From: Bdellovibrionales bacterium | GTDB lineage: Bacteria; Bdellovibrionota; Bdellovibrionia; Bdellovibrionales; CAYMLA01 | Assembly: GCA_965217115.1 (NCBI GenBank) | Contig: OZ244239.1 | Coordinates: 1,888,001 to 1,952,000, forward strand | Reading direction: 5' to 3' | DNA length: 64,000 nt | In this document: positions 51,485 through 64,000 of the stretch, in pieces | Layout of the letters: every line of letters begins with the position of its first letter | Numbering within the stretch: position 1 is the first letter of the stretch | The notes under the pieces: model-generated | Database searches by the model: none | The model's input: only the letters and a program-made list of their open reading frames with translations | What the model was told of the DNA's origin: nothing | Translations under genes and position numbers: made by a program

Positions 51485-52645
51485 TTAGACTGTTTTCCGG
51501 CTTTTAGTATAAGCATTAATTAAAACCTCAGCAGCTTTCTCAATGTGTGCTGCCGTTGTCCAGCGTCCCAGCCCAAGGCGATAGGTTGTTCGTGTAGAAT
51601 CATCGCTGAGGCCAATGGCTTTGAGGACGTAGCTTCCGGCCGTTGAGGCTGAGGAACAGGCTGAGCCAGTGCTCACAGCGATAGGACTCAAGTGGAGAAG
51701 CATCTCGTCAGGGTTGACGCCAGAAAACGAGAGATTTGCGTTATGGGAGAGGCGCTTCGTAGGATGGCCATTTACTTTTATGTCAGGAATAGAATTTCGT
51801 ACTTTCTCGACAAGTAGGTTTCGAAGGCCTTCAAGTCGACTATTCTCTTCAGCCATTTTTTCTATGGCTATTTCACAGGCTTTACCAAGACCTACAATAC
51901 CGGGAACATTGACAGTCCCTGAACGTAAATCCCTCTCCTGACCACCGCCGATAATTAATGGTTCTAAAAAACATTTAGGAGATTGGCTGCGGATAAAGAG
52001 AGCGCCACTCCCTTTAGGCCCGTAGATCTTATGCGCAGAGAGAGAGAGGAAATCGATTCCTAAGTCATTTACATCTATAAATATCTTCCCAATAGCTTGG
52101 GTGGCATCTGTGTGAAAAAAAACATCATTGGCTTTTGCGACCTTACCAATCTCTTTAATGGGATTAATAGTACCAATTTCATTATTGGCAAAAATAACAC
52201 TTATAAGAATAGTGTTGCTCTTTATGGCATTTTTAATTTGTTCAGCTGAGATTTGTCCATACTGATCTACAGGGAGAATGGTGAGTTCTGCACCTTGCTT
52301 ATGGGCTCTAGAAAATGGTTGTAGAATCGATTTGTGCTCGGCATTGGTGGTTATGATATGAGGTTTTCCCGGTCCTGCCCATTGATTTAAAATGCCTTGT
52401 AAAACCCAATTATTAGCTTCTGTAGCTCCGCTAGTAAAAGTAATCTCTTTGGGTTTAGCTCCGAGAATATTGGAAACCTGTTTACGTGCAGTATTGATAG
52501 CTGTATTTCCATCCCAACCATAGGAGTGCATGGAGCTTGATGGGTTGCCAAAAATTTTTGTAAAAAATGGGAGCATAGTTTCAAGAACGAGAGGGTCTAC
52601 GGGGGTAGTTGCGTGGTAGTCCAAGTAAATTGGCATATCAGTCAT
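51485..52645 (-). CDS. iscS: Cysteine desulfurase
   Basis: YLDYHATTP, NNEIG, SAHKIYGPKG, STGSACSS. Confidence 0.93.
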   Translation of the reverse strand: MTDMPIYLDYHATTPVDPLVLETMLPFFTKIFGNPSSSMHSYGWDGNTAINTARKQVSNILGAKPKEITFTSGATEANNWVLQGILNQWAGPGKPHIITTNAEHKSILQPFSRAHKQGAELTILPVDQYGQISAEQIKNAIKSNTILISVIFANNEIGTINPIKEIGKVAKANDVFFHTDATQAIGKIFIDVNDLGIDFLSLSAHKIYGPKGSGALFIRSQSPKCFLEPLIIGGGQERDLRSGTVNVPGIVGLGKACEIAIEKMAEENSRLEGLRNLLVEKVRNSIPDIKVNGHPTKRLSHNANLSFSGVNPDEMLLHLSPIAVSTGSACSSASTAGSYVLKAIGLSDDSTRTTYRLGLGRWTTAAHIEKAAEVLINAYTKSRKTV

Positions 52646-52864
52646 TCGTTTTCCCTCAGTGTGTCAATATCTAATTTGTAACCACTTCAACGTGTTTTTA
52701 ACCGAAAGACTTTAAAAACAGGCCTAAGACGTGACTCTATTCTAATATCTGGTGGAGGTTTTTTTGACAAGATAAAAGAGCTTTTTTTGCCAGAGGTTTG
52801 CAGGATAAAAGAAGGTGTGAATTGTTTAGGAATCGTTGGCAAGGACTTGTCATTTTAGATCTTT

Positions 52865-54115
52865 GTGTTATATCCCATGTGTCAATTCCCTATTAATTTG
52901 GAGATGATTGTGAATGATTTTCGTGAATTAGACCTCTTTAATCCCACAGAAGAACACACAATGTTGCGTGAAATGGTTGCGACTTTCACCCAAACGGAAG
53001 TAGAGCCGCAGGCCGAGGAATATGATCGAGAGGAAAAATTTAATCTAAAGTTATTTAGAAAACTAGGCACACTGGGTTTATTGGGAATCACCGTTCCTGA
53101 AGAGTTTGGTGGCTCAGGGATGGATGCAGTGGCGGCTGTTATTGCCCATGAAGAGATATCCTATTCTGATCCAGGGTTTTGCTTAGCCTACCTGGCCCAT
53201 GCGATGCTTTGTACAAATAACATAGCTGTTAACGCTAGTGATGAGCAAAAGAGAAAATACCTACCAAAGCTTTGTTCAGGGGAATTTATTGGCGCCATGG
53301 CAATATCTGAGCCCCATGTAGGTACGGATGTCTTGGGCATGAGCACGACGGCTGTTAAAAACACTGAGGGTTATCTTATAAATGGTGAAAAAATGTGGAT
53401 TACTAATGGGGCTGTCGATGACCAAAAGACCCTCTGTGATTGTGTGTTAGTTTATGCCAAAACAGGTGAAAAAAATGGCAGAGCATTACTCTCAACATTC
53501 ATTGTCGATAAGAGAGATTCTGGATTTTTAGTTGGACAAAAGATAAAGGGAAAACTGGGAATGCGAGGTTCCAATACGGCTGAGTTGGTTTTTCAAAACT
53601 GCAATGTTTCATCGAAGTCCATTATTGGAGAAGAAGGCGACTCTATGTTACACATGATGAAAAATCTAGAGATTGAGAGATTAACCCTGGCTGCTCAAAG
53701 TATTGGTATAGCCCGTCGTTGCATAGATGTGATGGTGAAGTACTCTAATGAGCGAATTGCTTTTGGCAAGGAGCTATCTTATTTTGGTCAGATACAAAAA
53801 TATATTGGTGAGAGTTACGCTGAGTATAAGGCGGCAAAGACCTATGTGTACAATACGGCAAGGGCCTTAAGTCTTTCAAATCATGGTCATCGTTTGGATT
53901 CGGACGGAGTAAAACTTGTTGCAACGACGATGGCTAAGAGTGTAGCTGATCGAGCGATTCAAGTTCTAGGTGGTTATGGTTACGTGTCAGAGTATGTGGT
54001 GGAAAGACTTTGGAGAGATGCTAAACTATTAGAAATCGGTGGAGGAACTTTAGAGGCTCATCAGAAAAACATCACCTATGATTTATCTAAAAGTGACTTA
54101 AAAAGTGTTCTTTGA
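52865..54115 (+). CDS. Acyl-CoA dehydrogenase (isovaleryl-CoA type; start probably later)
   Basis: KMWITNG, KLGMRGSNT, GGYGY, RDAKLLEIGGGT. Confidence 0.92.
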   Translation: MLYPMCQFPINLEMIVNDFRELDLFNPTEEHTMLREMVATFTQTEVEPQAEEYDREEKFNLKLFRKLGTLGLLGITVPEEFGGSGMDAVAAVIAHEEISYSDPGFCLAYLAHAMLCTNNIAVNASDEQKRKYLPKLCSGEFIGAMAISEPHVGTDVLGMSTTAVKNTEGYLINGEKMWITNGAVDDQKTLCDCVLVYAKTGEKNGRALLSTFIVDKRDSGFLVGQKIKGKLGMRGSNTAELVFQNCNVSSKSIIGEEGDSMLHMMKNLEIERLTLAAQSIGIARRCIDVMVKYSNERIAFGKELSYFGQIQKYIGESYAEYKAAKTYVYNTARALSLSNHGHRLDSDGVKLVATTMAKSVADRAIQVLGGYGYVSEYVVERLWRDAKLLEIGGGTLEAHQKNITYDLSKSDLKSVL

Positions 54116-55031
54116 GGGGCCTGAAAAGAAGGTTGAAGTTATTATTAAAAAATCGTGGGGGTCTCTACGAGAAATACCTAAGAGGACTTGGAAAGATATT
54201 GTTCACAAAGCTAAGGCTTGTATCCTATCTCAAGTGAGTAACGAACATTGTGACGCTTATCTTTTGTCAGAGTCTAGTTTGTTTGTGTACAATGACCATT
54301 TTGTGATGATCACCTGTGGAACGACAACTCTGGTGGAAGCTGTTACGGAGTTTCTAAAAACAGTGCCAGTGGATAATATCGAGACTCTTATCTATGAGCG
54401 TAAGAACGAGCATTTTCCCCATTACCAGAAGTCAAATTTTTTTGAAGACATATATAAATTAGAAAAAATCTTACCAGGAAAAGCATGGCAGTTTGGTGAT
54501 GAAGACAACCATCACCTTCTATTATTCCAGATGGGCAGTTCGTATCAGCCTGAAGAGGATGATATGACCGTAGAGGTTTTAATGCATGGGATTCAAGGGG
54601 AAGCTAAAACTTTTTTTAAAGATATACATCAGTCTAAAGAAAAAATAAAAAAATTAAAAATAGCGGATATTTTTTCTGGTTTCTTGGTAGATGACCATTT
54701 GTTTGAGCCATTGGGTTATTCTTTGAATGCCATAAAAGAAAACTGGTATTACACAATTCATGTGACTCCAGAAGAACTAGGTTCCTATGTGAGCTTTGAG
54801 ACTAATTATTTTTTACAAGAAAGCTTGCACGAGATTGTCGAAAAGGTTTTAGCGATATTTCAGCCAGAATCTTGTGATGTGATTGTTTTCCATAAAGAGC
54901 AGAGAGGTGTTGAGGATTTAAAAGGTTATCGTTTACGAAGTCACATCGAAGAATATTTAGGTGGATACAGTGTTTCATTTAAGCATTTTTATCAACCACA
55001 GTTGGGGCCGAAAAGGGCATTTAGGGTTTAA
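54105..55031 (+). CDS. speD: Eukaryote-type (class 2) S-adenosylmethionine decarboxylase proenzyme
   Basis: FEGPEK, YLLSESSLFV (cleavage E-S), TCGTT, GYSLN, TIHVTPE, SFETN. Confidence 0.88.
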   Translation: MFFEGPEKKVEVIIKKSWGSLREIPKRTWKDIVHKAKACILSQVSNEHCDAYLLSESSLFVYNDHFVMITCGTTTLVEAVTEFLKTVPVDNIETLIYERKNEHFPHYQKSNFFEDIYKLEKILPGKAWQFGDEDNHHLLLFQMGSSYQPEEDDMTVEVLMHGIQGEAKTFFKDIHQSKEKIKKLKIADIFSGFLVDDHLFEPLGYSLNAIKENWYYTIHVTPEELGSYVSFETNYFLQESLHEIVEKVLAIFQPESCDVIVFHKEQRGVEDLKGYRLRSHIEEYLGGYSVSFKHFYQPQLGPKRAFRV

Positions 55032-55040
55032 TCTTCTATT

Positions 55041-55078
55041 AAAAATAAAAAAGGCCTCGATCTTAACGATCGAAGCCT
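55041..55078 (-). terminator. Intrinsic terminator, copy 1
   Basis: aggcctcgatc-ttaac-gatcgaagcct hairpin; U-tract on the minus strand. Confidence 0.7.
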
Positions 55079-55110
55079 AAGAAGATTATTTAAACAAGAC
55101 CAATGGGAAC

Positions 55111-55482
55111 CTACCAGTCTCCAAATTTTTTATCGATGGCGTCACCAATAAGATCTCCAAGACCACTGTCGGTGCCTTCCTGCTCACAAACCATGTAGTC
55201 TTCATTATTTTTAAGTCTACGACAGACATTAGCATCAGATTTACTCCAGAAATCCACATGACCGCTGCATGCAGACGCCGCTTTGGATCTAGCTACAGCT
55301 AAAGTTTTGCCCTTACCTTCATAGTAGGATCTTCGACCAAAAGTATTAATTGGAGGATCATAGTGGCAGACCCACTCTCCTTCATCACCATCTATAAGTT
55401 TACCAAAAACATCTCCTAGTTTGTTAGCAAAAACGCTTCCTGATACCAAAAGAACACTTAATACGATTAATGCTTTTTTCAT
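55111..55482 (-). CDS. Small secreted Cys-containing protein
   Basis: Signal peptide MKKALIVLSVLLVSGSVFA; GGAGG RBS. Confidence 0.8.
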   Translation of the reverse strand: MKKALIVLSVLLVSGSVFANKLGDVFGKLIDGDEGEWVCHYDPPINTFGRRSYYEGKGKTLAVARSKAASACSGHVDFWSKSDANVCRRLKNNEDYMVCEQEGTDSGLGDLIGDAIDKKFGDW

Positions 55483-55726
55483 TTACATGCCTCCCATGTT
55501 TTTTTATAAGTTAAGCCAAGGGTTGTAGTCTAAAAAAAATTTTGAGCCAAGTTATTCTGGTTATTCTGGAGGCTTTGAATTTTTTACAAAAAACGGGGTG
55601 TACATACCTCCATGTCTTCTCTATGATGGGAAGCAAATTGAAGGGCCATTTTTTTAATGCACTTTATTAGAGAACTAACCTAAGGTAGAACGTCAATGAT
55701 TTCTTTGTTTAATAGAGGTTTGATTT

Positions 55727-56629
55727 ATGGATAATGAGAATGAAATGCTTTATCGACATGCCGATATGTGGGTGACAGAGAAGTACAAAGATCTCTTGAG
55801 AATATCCTACCGTATTAAGAAAACTTTATATTCTGAGCGAAGTGATTTTCAACAAATAGATATGGTAGACACTTTGGGATATGGTAAAATGTTACTCAAT
55901 GATGGGCTGGTTATGGTGACAGAGCGTGATGAATTTGCCTATCACGACATGATAGCACATGTGCCTTTATTTGTGCATCCCGATCCTAAAAAGGTTCTGG
56001 TGATTGGTGGAGGTGATGGCGGAACGATTCGTGAAGTTTTGCGCCATAAGAGTGTCGAGAAAGCTTGTTTAATCGAAATAGACCCTTGCGTCTTAGAGGC
56101 CTGTGAAAAACATATACCGCAGATGGCTAGTGCCTTAAAAGATAAACGATGCGTGGTTCGAGTAGAGGATGGGGTTAAGTTTGTCTCTGAGACAAAGGAT
56201 AGGTTTGATGTTATTATTATAGATTCAACCGATCCTATTGGACCAGCAACACCCTTGTTCGGCGAAGAGTTCTATAAAAACGTGAAGGGAATTCTTAAAG
56301 ATAAAAATGGCATTGTTGTCTCTCAGGGAGAATCACCTTTTTATGGTGTTGTAGAACAGAAATCCTTATTAAAGGTCTTGAAGACACAGTTTGAGAGAGT
56401 TCATATGTATAATTTTTCTAATATGACTTATCCAGGGGGGTTGTGGTCCTTTACATTTTCCTCTGATGCCATTTGTCCTATTGCTGATTTTAAGAGAGAG
56501 CGAGTGAAGTTATCTAAAATGGAGTTTCAATACTATAATGCAGATATTCACAAAGGGGCATTTTTTCTACCACAATTTCAGAGAGAAAACTTTAAGGGTA
56601 TTTTGTCAGATCTACCAGGGGAATTTTAA
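55727..56629 (+). CDS. speE: Polyamine aminopropyltransferase (spermidine synthase)
   Basis: VLVIGGGDGG, EID, DSTDP, YPGG. Confidence 0.95.
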   Translation: MDNENEMLYRHADMWVTEKYKDLLRISYRIKKTLYSERSDFQQIDMVDTLGYGKMLLNDGLVMVTERDEFAYHDMIAHVPLFVHPDPKKVLVIGGGDGGTIREVLRHKSVEKACLIEIDPCVLEACEKHIPQMASALKDKRCVVRVEDGVKFVSETKDRFDVIIIDSTDPIGPATPLFGEEFYKNVKGILKDKNGIVVSQGESPFYGVVEQKSLLKVLKTQFERVHMYNFSNMTYPGGLWSFTFSSDAICPIADFKRERVKLSKMEFQYYNADIHKGAFFLPQFQRENFKGILSDLPGEF

Positions 56630-57325
56630 TTGGCGAATCTTCGTTTTCCCTATAGCGATCCTCTAAAATATCAAGGGTATAGTTTTAGTGTAGATAAGGT
56701 GTTGTCCACTGTTGGCGAGATGCTCACGCAAGAGCGTCGACAGAAAATCACCGAAATCGTAGAGGACCGTACCTACAATGTGTGCCTTGTTCTAGATCAG
56801 ATTTATGACAGGGGAAATGCCAGTGCAGTTATGCGTTCGGCGGAAGCGATGGGGTATCAAACGATTCATGTGATTGAAACAGATGAAAAATTTAAGGAAG
56901 CCAATCGCGTGACTCAAGGAGCTGATAAGTGGCTTCATATTGAAAGGTGGAAGACCCCTATGGGTTGTGTTCAGCGTTTGAAAGCAGAGGGGTATCAAAT
57001 TTGCGCGACAAGCCTGGAGGCGAGTGTACCTATATCAGAGGTTGACTTCACTCAACCGACAGCGTTGGTTCTGGGTAACGAAAAAGAGGGAGTGTGTCAG
57101 GAGATATTAACTCATTCTGATGTTAATGTGATTTTGCCAATGCAAGGCTTTGTTCAGAGTTACAATATTTCGGTTGCAGGAGCTTTATGTTGTTATCATA
57201 TATATCAAGATCGTGTGAGACGTCAGGGCTTCCATGGGGACTTAAGTTCTCAAGAAAAGGAAATATTAAAAGCCCATTATTTTTTACGTTCTCAACCATT
57301 AGGGGTTGATGTTTTAAATCTATAG
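56630..57325 (+). CDS. TrmH/SpoU-family RNA methyltransferase
   Basis: [23 protein letters not shown]. Confidence 0.92.
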   Translation: MANLRFPYSDPLKYQGYSFSVDKVLSTVGEMLTQERRQKITEIVEDRTYNVCLVLDQIYDRGNASAVMRSAEAMGYQTIHVIETDEKFKEANRVTQGADKWLHIERWKTPMGCVQRLKAEGYQICATSLEASVPISEVDFTQPTALVLGNEKEGVCQEILTHSDVNVILPMQGFVQSYNISVAGALCCYHIYQDRVRRQGFHGDLSSQEKEILKAHYFLRSQPLGVDVLNL

Positions 57326-57333
57326 GAGTTTTT

Positions 57334-57723
57334 ATGTCTAAAGAGAGTCAAGAAGCAAATAAATATGGAACGGAAATAATTAAAAATAATAGATTGGAGG
57401 CCTTTGAGAATAGGACCCAGGTTCGTCGGTACACGGTTGATTTTAATTGTCCTGAGTTTACGTGTCTTTGTCCAATATCAGGCTTTCCAGATTTTGCAAC
57501 AATCAATATATCTTATGTTCCTGACAAGCAATGCGTGGAGTTGAAATCGTTAAAACTTTATCTTAATAGTTTTAGAGATAAAAATATTTACCACGAGGAT
57601 GTAACAAATATTATCCTACAGGATTTAATAGATCTACTGGACCCTTGGGAGGTTAAGGTAGAGGGAGACTTTAATGTGCGTGGTAATATTAAAACTGTTG
57701 TTACGGCATCCCATGCAAAATAA
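57334..57723 (+). CDS. queF: preQ0 reductase, short type
   Basis: [28 protein letters not shown]. Confidence 0.95.
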   Translation: MSKESQEANKYGTEIIKNNRLEAFENRTQVRRYTVDFNCPEFTCLCPISGFPDFATINISYVPDKQCVELKSLKLYLNSFRDKNIYHEDVTNIILQDLIDLLDPWEVKVEGDFNVRGNIKTVVTASHAK

Positions 57724-57762
57724 ATGCACTCACTTTAGAGGGGAGCGGTTTAATCTTCTATT

Positions 57763-57800
57763 AAAAACAAAAAAGGCCTCGATCTTAATAATCGAAGCCT
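57763..57800 (-). terminator. Intrinsic terminator, copy 2
   Basis: Near-identical to 55041-55078. Confidence 0.65.
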
Positions 57801-57843
57801 AAAGACATTAAATCAGTCAGTGTGACCTTGAGAAACTAAAATA

Positions 57844-58290
57844 TTAGTCGTCTTCATTTTTAAGGATGAGTTTTACATATTTAGTCGATATTGCAACCCC
57901 CTCACTATGAAGACAGATATAGTGTTTTCCATCAGAAGGCAGTATGGTGACAGCTTTGTCTTGATCAATGATGAGATCATCGGCTTGATCTTGCTCCTCA
58001 TACTGCAAAATATTAAGTTCGTTGTCGCTATCACACGGGCCTTCAATATTATTCTTCTGATTGTAAGTGCATTCGTCAACTGCAGAGTAGAGAGAATAGC
58101 CTCGTAGAAACGCAACTTTTTTATCATTCACTTTCTTTATGAGAAGAGTGCAATAATTCTTCTTATAACCCGGCGGTTCGTCTGGATTGCTTGAATCAGT
58201 CGCAGAGGAGCCTCCTCCTGAACAATGGGTAAGAAAAACTGTGAGACCTATGTATAGGATCGTTTTTGTTAAATAACTTGTCGCTTTCAC
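57844..58290 (-). CDS. Putative lipoprotein
   Basis: Lipobox-like LTHC followed by SGGGSS; AAGGAG RBS. Confidence 0.75.
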   Translation of the reverse strand: MKATSYLTKTILYIGLTVFLTHCSGGGSSATDSSNPDEPPGYKKNYCTLLIKKVNDKKVAFLRGYSLYSAVDECTYNQKNNIEGPCDSDNELNILQYEEQDQADDLIIDQDKAVTILPSDGKHYICLHSEGVAISTKYVKLILKNEDD

Positions 58291-58639
58291 TGTATTAAAC
58301 TCCTTAGTCGAAATCCCAGTCGTTGAGACTTATAAAAGCAAAGAGTGTACCAAGTGAAAATGGACCTAAGGCTAAGAAAGTCTGGTTTTTTGTTTAAAGA
58401 CTCTCAGGTGTATAAAAGATATTTGTTTTTCTTAAGATTTCAGGAGTTATTCCCGTTGTTTTTCCATATAACTGGCTTCCTTTAATGGGCAACCCTATGA
58501 TTAGAGAGTGCCTGTCGTTTAGATCTGCGACGAAAGTCTCGTTAATTTTGAAAAAAACCTGGGCAAACTGTAATTTTTTGTCGATTTATTGCACTTACTT
58601 GGGTAGAGACTAAATATAATTAAAAACAAGGGAGATATC

Positions 58640-61098
<2,459 letters not shown>

Positions 61099-61130
61099 TT
61101 AGATGAATAGGCAAGATGTCGTTCGGAGAT

Positions 61131-62126
61131 TCATGCTATGTCGCAATGGGCAATTGATGATGAATGTCTTCGGTACCATTGCCTGTCAGGAGGGAGAAGA
61201 TCATCTAAGGATTCGTTGTTGAAGTGGGCTTCAACTTTGTTAAGGGATTCTAAAGAAGATTTTCTGAGTGCTTCGTTCGTTGTCACTCCTAGATGGGGTG
61301 AGAGGATGACATTGTCACAATGGAGTAGGGGGTGACCGAGAGGGAGAGGTTCCTGTTCAAACACATCTAAACAAGCACCTGCTATGATTTTTTTTTGCAG
61401 AGCTTCTACGAGGTGACCTTCGTGAACGGTAGAACCACGGCAAGCATTTATGAGAAGACACCGTGGGGGCATCTTAATTAAATTATTCTTATTTATCATG
61501 TGATGCGTTTCCTGGGTGAGGGGAACGTGAAGGGTGACGACATCAGAGTTTCTAAGCAGATCATCTAACTGTGAATAGCGCGTGTAGTTTAAGTTTTCCC
61601 CGTTCACATATGGGTCATGGTATTGAATTTGGCAGCCATAAGCTTTGAGTATACGGGCCACGTGCTGCCCGATGCGGCCCATGCCGACAACACCTATTTT
61701 TTTTCCTTCTAATTCAGAGCCTATTAACTGTGAGCGATCCCAGTGGGCTGAGTGAATTTGTTTCGTCGCTTGGAATATTTTTTTAAAGAAACAATGGAGT
61801 AATAACAAGGTGAGCTCTGCAGTGCTGGCAATATGAGCATTGGGCGTGTGCGCAGTGGCGATGTTAGATTTTCGTGTTGCATCTAAATCAATGTGATCAA
61901 AACCACTAGTGGCCGTAATAATAAGTTCTAGATGGGGGCAGAGTTTTAAAAAATCGGTTGTGATTTTTGTTTGTGAACGAATGATAATGGCGTTTGCAGT
62001 TTGCAATTGCCGTTGAATTTCTTTTTCTGTTGGCCCAGCGATTTCGATATCAAAGGGCCAGGGCTTCTCTTTAAGGAGTGTTTTATCAAAGCGGCCAATA
62101 ATAAGAGTTTTTGGTTGATTTTCCAT
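61131..62126 (-). CDS. D-2-hydroxyacid/phosphoglycerate dehydrogenase family
   Basis: GFDHID, GMGRIG, HVPLT, NACRG, DVFEQEP, SPH. Confidence 0.92.
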   Translation of the reverse strand: MENQPKTLIIGRFDKTLLKEKPWPFDIEIAGPTEKEIQRQLQTANAIIIRSQTKITTDFLKLCPHLELIITATSGFDHIDLDATRKSNIATAHTPNAHIASTAELTLLLLHCFFKKIFQATKQIHSAHWDRSQLIGSELEGKKIGVVGMGRIGQHVARILKAYGCQIQYHDPYVNGENLNYTRYSQLDDLLRNSDVVTLHVPLTQETHHMINKNNLIKMPPRCLLINACRGSTVHEGHLVEALQKKIIAGACLDVFEQEPLPLGHPLLHCDNVILSPHLGVTTNEALRKSSLESLNKVEAHFNNESLDDLLPPDRQWYRRHSSSIAHCDIA

Positions 62127-62132
62127 GGGTGC

Positions 62133-63275
62133 TTATTCGTACTGGCTTAGAGGTTTAAGGGTTAAGAGCGATTTTTCTAATTGATTCTCAGTGATACTAG
62201 GGATTGTTTTTTGTAGGGCGATAAACAAGAGTTCGTAATTTTTTTTAGTAATATATCCCATGTGTCCAATACGTAGAATTTTACCCTTTAACTGGTCTTG
62301 TCCTCCCATGGTAGTCATGTCATGAATTTGTTCTAATTGGGAACGAACAGTCTGGCTGTCTATGGAGCCTTCGGGAAGTTCAACGGCAGTTAAAGAGGGG
62401 CTTGGGTGAAGGGGGAAAATTTTAAACCCCATTTCTAAAAGTCCTTGGCGCACACACTGAGCTCTTAGGGAGACTTTATTAAGATGTTGTTTCAGAGATG
62501 GAGTTAATAGCTCCTGTAAAGCGGAATGTAGGCTTCTTATTAAAGTAACAGGAGAGCTAAAGTGAGTTTGTCTCTTCTTGTAAGATTTAAACTCAGCTTC
62601 GAGGTCCCAATAAAATTTAGGGCAGGAGGATTTTCGTGACGCTTGCCATGCTTTTTCTGAAAGGCAGATGAAGGAAAGCCCTGTCGGAAGCATGAAAGCT
62701 TTTTGTGAACCGGCAATTAAAACATCAATACCCCATTTATCAAATGGGAGATCATAGGCGCCGACAGCTGTGATACCATCGACAATGAAGAGGGTTGATT
62801 GATATTGATGCTGTAAAATTTGACCGATGTCTTTGATTGGATGAATAGCTCCTGTGCTTGTTTCGCAAGCTTGTGTGATGACGGCACGACACTGAGGATT
62901 TTCCTTAAGGAGGGATTTTATTTTCTCAATCTCTGCGCTCTCTCCCCAGGAAACAGCATAGGGGATGACTTCAACTCCGTAGGCTTGACATATCTGTGAC
63001 CAGCGTTGTCCAAACTTACCTGACTCAATAACGATGACTTGTTCTTTAGGTGATAGGGTATTAACTATGGCGGCTTCCATAGCTCCACTTCCAGTTGAAC
63101 ATAAAGTGAGAACGGGCTGTTCGGTTTGGAAAACCTTCTTGAGATTTTGTGCAACATTTTGAAAAATCTCTTCAAACTCTGGAGTGCGATGATGAATTAT
63201 TGGCTGAGATAAGGTCTCTAGAATTTTTGGTGAACAGGGAACTGGGCCTGGTGTGAGGAGATTTTTGTGACTCAT
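62133..63275 (-). CDS. Class V PLP aminotransferase (alanine-glyoxylate/serine-pyruvate type; start inferred at 63275)
   Basis: LLTPGP, GSGAMEA, ETSTG, GSQKA, RIGHMG. Confidence 0.92.
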   Translation of the reverse strand: MSHKNLLTPGPVPCSPKILETLSQPIIHHRTPEFEEIFQNVAQNLKKVFQTEQPVLTLCSTGSGAMEAAIVNTLSPKEQVIVIESGKFGQRWSQICQAYGVEVIPYAVSWGESAEIEKIKSLLKENPQCRAVITQACETSTGAIHPIKDIGQILQHQYQSTLFIVDGITAVGAYDLPFDKWGIDVLIAGSQKAFMLPTGLSFICLSEKAWQASRKSSCPKFYWDLEAEFKSYKKRQTHFSSPVTLIRSLHSALQELLTPSLKQHLNKVSLRAQCVRQGLLEMGFKIFPLHPSPSLTAVELPEGSIDSQTVRSQLEQIHDMTTMGGQDQLKGKILRIGHMGYITKKNYELLFIALQKTIPSITENQLEKSLLTLKPLSQYE

Positions 63276-63571
63276 TATCCCATTCTCATTGTTAGAGGAA
63301 AAGACGTCAAGTAGAGATGGTCCCATTTCCACGTCCAACACGCTCTATAGAGTTCTTTTATGGGGTCTTCCATCTTTAGTTCATATCAGACAATGACTGG
63401 ACTAATGTCGATAGCCAAGTCTAAAAATAGGCCCCATGTTCTCTATAGAGCAAGGGGTGTGCTCGACTCTTCTGAAACATACTGCGATGGGCATAGGCAA
63501 AATATTTTTCTTTAAAACACTCTGTCAGTTAGAGTAGTATATTGCATGTTTTGTGAAAAAAGGAGTTTTTA

Positions 63572-64000
63572 GTGCAACCGCAGAAAATATATTTAAAAGA
63601 TTATCAGAGATCAGATTTTCTTATTGAAACCGTGACGATTCAATTTGATCTTTACGAAAGTCATACGCGAGTTACGAATGAGATGGTTTTTTATCAAAAT
63701 AAAGAGATAGAGAGAATATCTAATGATCTCTCTCTGGATGGAGATGGTTTAGAAATTTTGAGTCTAAAAATAATGTCAATAGAGGATTCAGATGCGTCTA
63801 ATGGTGAATGGAATGTGTTAAAGGAAACAGAGTACAGCAAGTCTAAGAATGGGTTAAAGATATGTCATGTTCCAGAGAAATTTAAGTTGCAAGTGGTAAC
63901 AAAGATTTTTCCGGAGAAGAACACTTCCTGTGAGGGTCTTTATAAATCTGATGGATTTTATGTGACTCAAAATGAAGCTCAGGGTTTTCGTAAAATAACT
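63572..64000 (+). CDS. pepN: Aminopeptidase N, 5' part (runs off the window)
   Basis: AGGAG RBS, GTG start, QKIYLKDY...NTSCEGLYKS...TQNEAQGFRKIT. Confidence 0.9.
   Translation, partial: MQPQKIYLKDYQRSDFLIETVTIQFDLYESHTRVTNEMVFYQNKEIERISNDLSLDGDGLEILSLKIMSIEDSDASNGEWNVLKETEYSKSKNGLKICHVPEKFKLQVVTKIFPEKNTSCEGLYKSDGFYVTQNEAQGFRKIT

Overview
AT-rich bacterial chromosome segment. Gene content (CpaF, Prc, rny, eukaryote-type AdoMetDC, orphan secreted proteins, sigma28-like promoters) suggests Bdellovibrionota; this is inference, not a database result. Most of the window is housekeeping (eno, ftsB, polA, fur, uvrA, prc, E1 alpha/beta, pyrE, fusA, aat, ftsY, zapA, rny, tyrS, iscS, speD/speE, queF, msrAB, purA, partial pepN). 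Three things stand out. (1) 32-8120: an overlapping four-gene biosynthetic operon, possibly cut off upstream, encoding an HMG-CoA reductase fused to an APH/choline-kinase-like domain, an RPH/PigC-like PEP-utiliser, a FAAL-ACP and an AurF/CylC-like diiron enzyme. (2) A dispersed family of at least 11 long hairpin elements (8.1 kb, 20.6-25.7 kb, array at 36.3-37.9 kb). They keep a conserved bulged core (GCTCAGACA...GCACCAATCCGAACTCGC) while the stems differ or covary, and they sit just 3' of stop codons in a fixed orientation. The opposite strand can form a k-turn-like tandem G.A motif. (3) Accessory islands of secreted proteins with gene relics: a metalloprotease/RCC1-repeat locus (12.9-17.6 kb) and a repeat-punctuated polA-fur hotspot that includes a signal-peptide-bearing kinase-like protein. 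No rRNA, tRNA, CRISPR array, integrase or transposase was recognised.
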